Assembly: GCF_009834535.1 (NCBI RefSeq)
Contig: NC_045704.1
Span: 51,646,001 to 51,710,000 of the forward strand
Direction of reading: 5' to 3'
DNA length: 64,000 nt
Source: Camelus ferus
Lineage: Eukaryota
Shown here: one piece after another, positions 63,864 to 64,000 of the stretch
Position numbering within the stretch: position 1 is the first letter of the stretch
Layout of the letters: every line of letters starts with the position of its first letter
Notes under the pieces: model-generated
What the model saw: only the letters and a program-made list of their open reading frames with translations
The model's database searches: none
Told to the model about the DNA's origin: nothing
Program-made: the position numbers and the translations under genes

Positions 63864-64000
63864 TCATCCATTCAACAAATACTTAACAGAGGCTGGGCTT
63901 TAAAAAGTGAGAAGAGCTGGGACTGTTCTCAAAGAACAGCTAGACAGTTACACAAGCGGGAAGTGAACCCTGGAGGAGGACAGCTGGGTGCAGGTGTGAC

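Noticed and set aside
1-64000. Remaining 60-150 aa six-frame ORFs; rRNA, tRNA, CRISPR, NUMT or processed pseudogene
   Set aside because: The ORFs are the size expected by chance, and many overlap repeats. I recognised no structural RNA, repeat-spacer array, mitochondrial sequence or spliced retrocopy.

Overview
Mammalian genomic DNA covering the middle of VAT1L (vesicle amine transport 1-like, a medium-chain dehydrogenase/reductase of the quinone oxidoreductase/zeta-crystallin type) on the + strand. Six intact coding exons (equivalent to exons 2-7) lie at 9374-9503, 13903-14118, 46109-46251, 52006-52109, 54259-54314 and 57851-58045. All have AG/GT boundaries and compatible phases, and they join into 281 stop-free codons. 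The first exon and the last exons lie outside the window. The rest is intron, dense in old repeats (MIR, L2, L1M, MER5A/MER20/MER2-type DNA transposons, LTR16 and MLT1 solo LTRs) plus a few younger L1 3' ends of cetartiodactyl type. I saw no Alu, B1/B2, SINEC, PRE1, CHR-2 or Bov-tA, so a camelid is my best guess (inference). No rRNA, tRNA, CRISPR or second gene is supported. I found no demonstrably new biological system. The best leads are untested transposon-derived isoform hypotheses and unusual retroposition events: a sense LTR16A followed by a MER20-spanning ORF in frame with exon 4, an ERV LTR 3' end apparently retroposed by L1, a strong recursive-splice-like site in intron 2, an LTR16C-derived candidate terminal exon, and a twin-primed L1. 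Repeat family names come from recalled consensus sequences, and the boundaries of old repeats are approximate.
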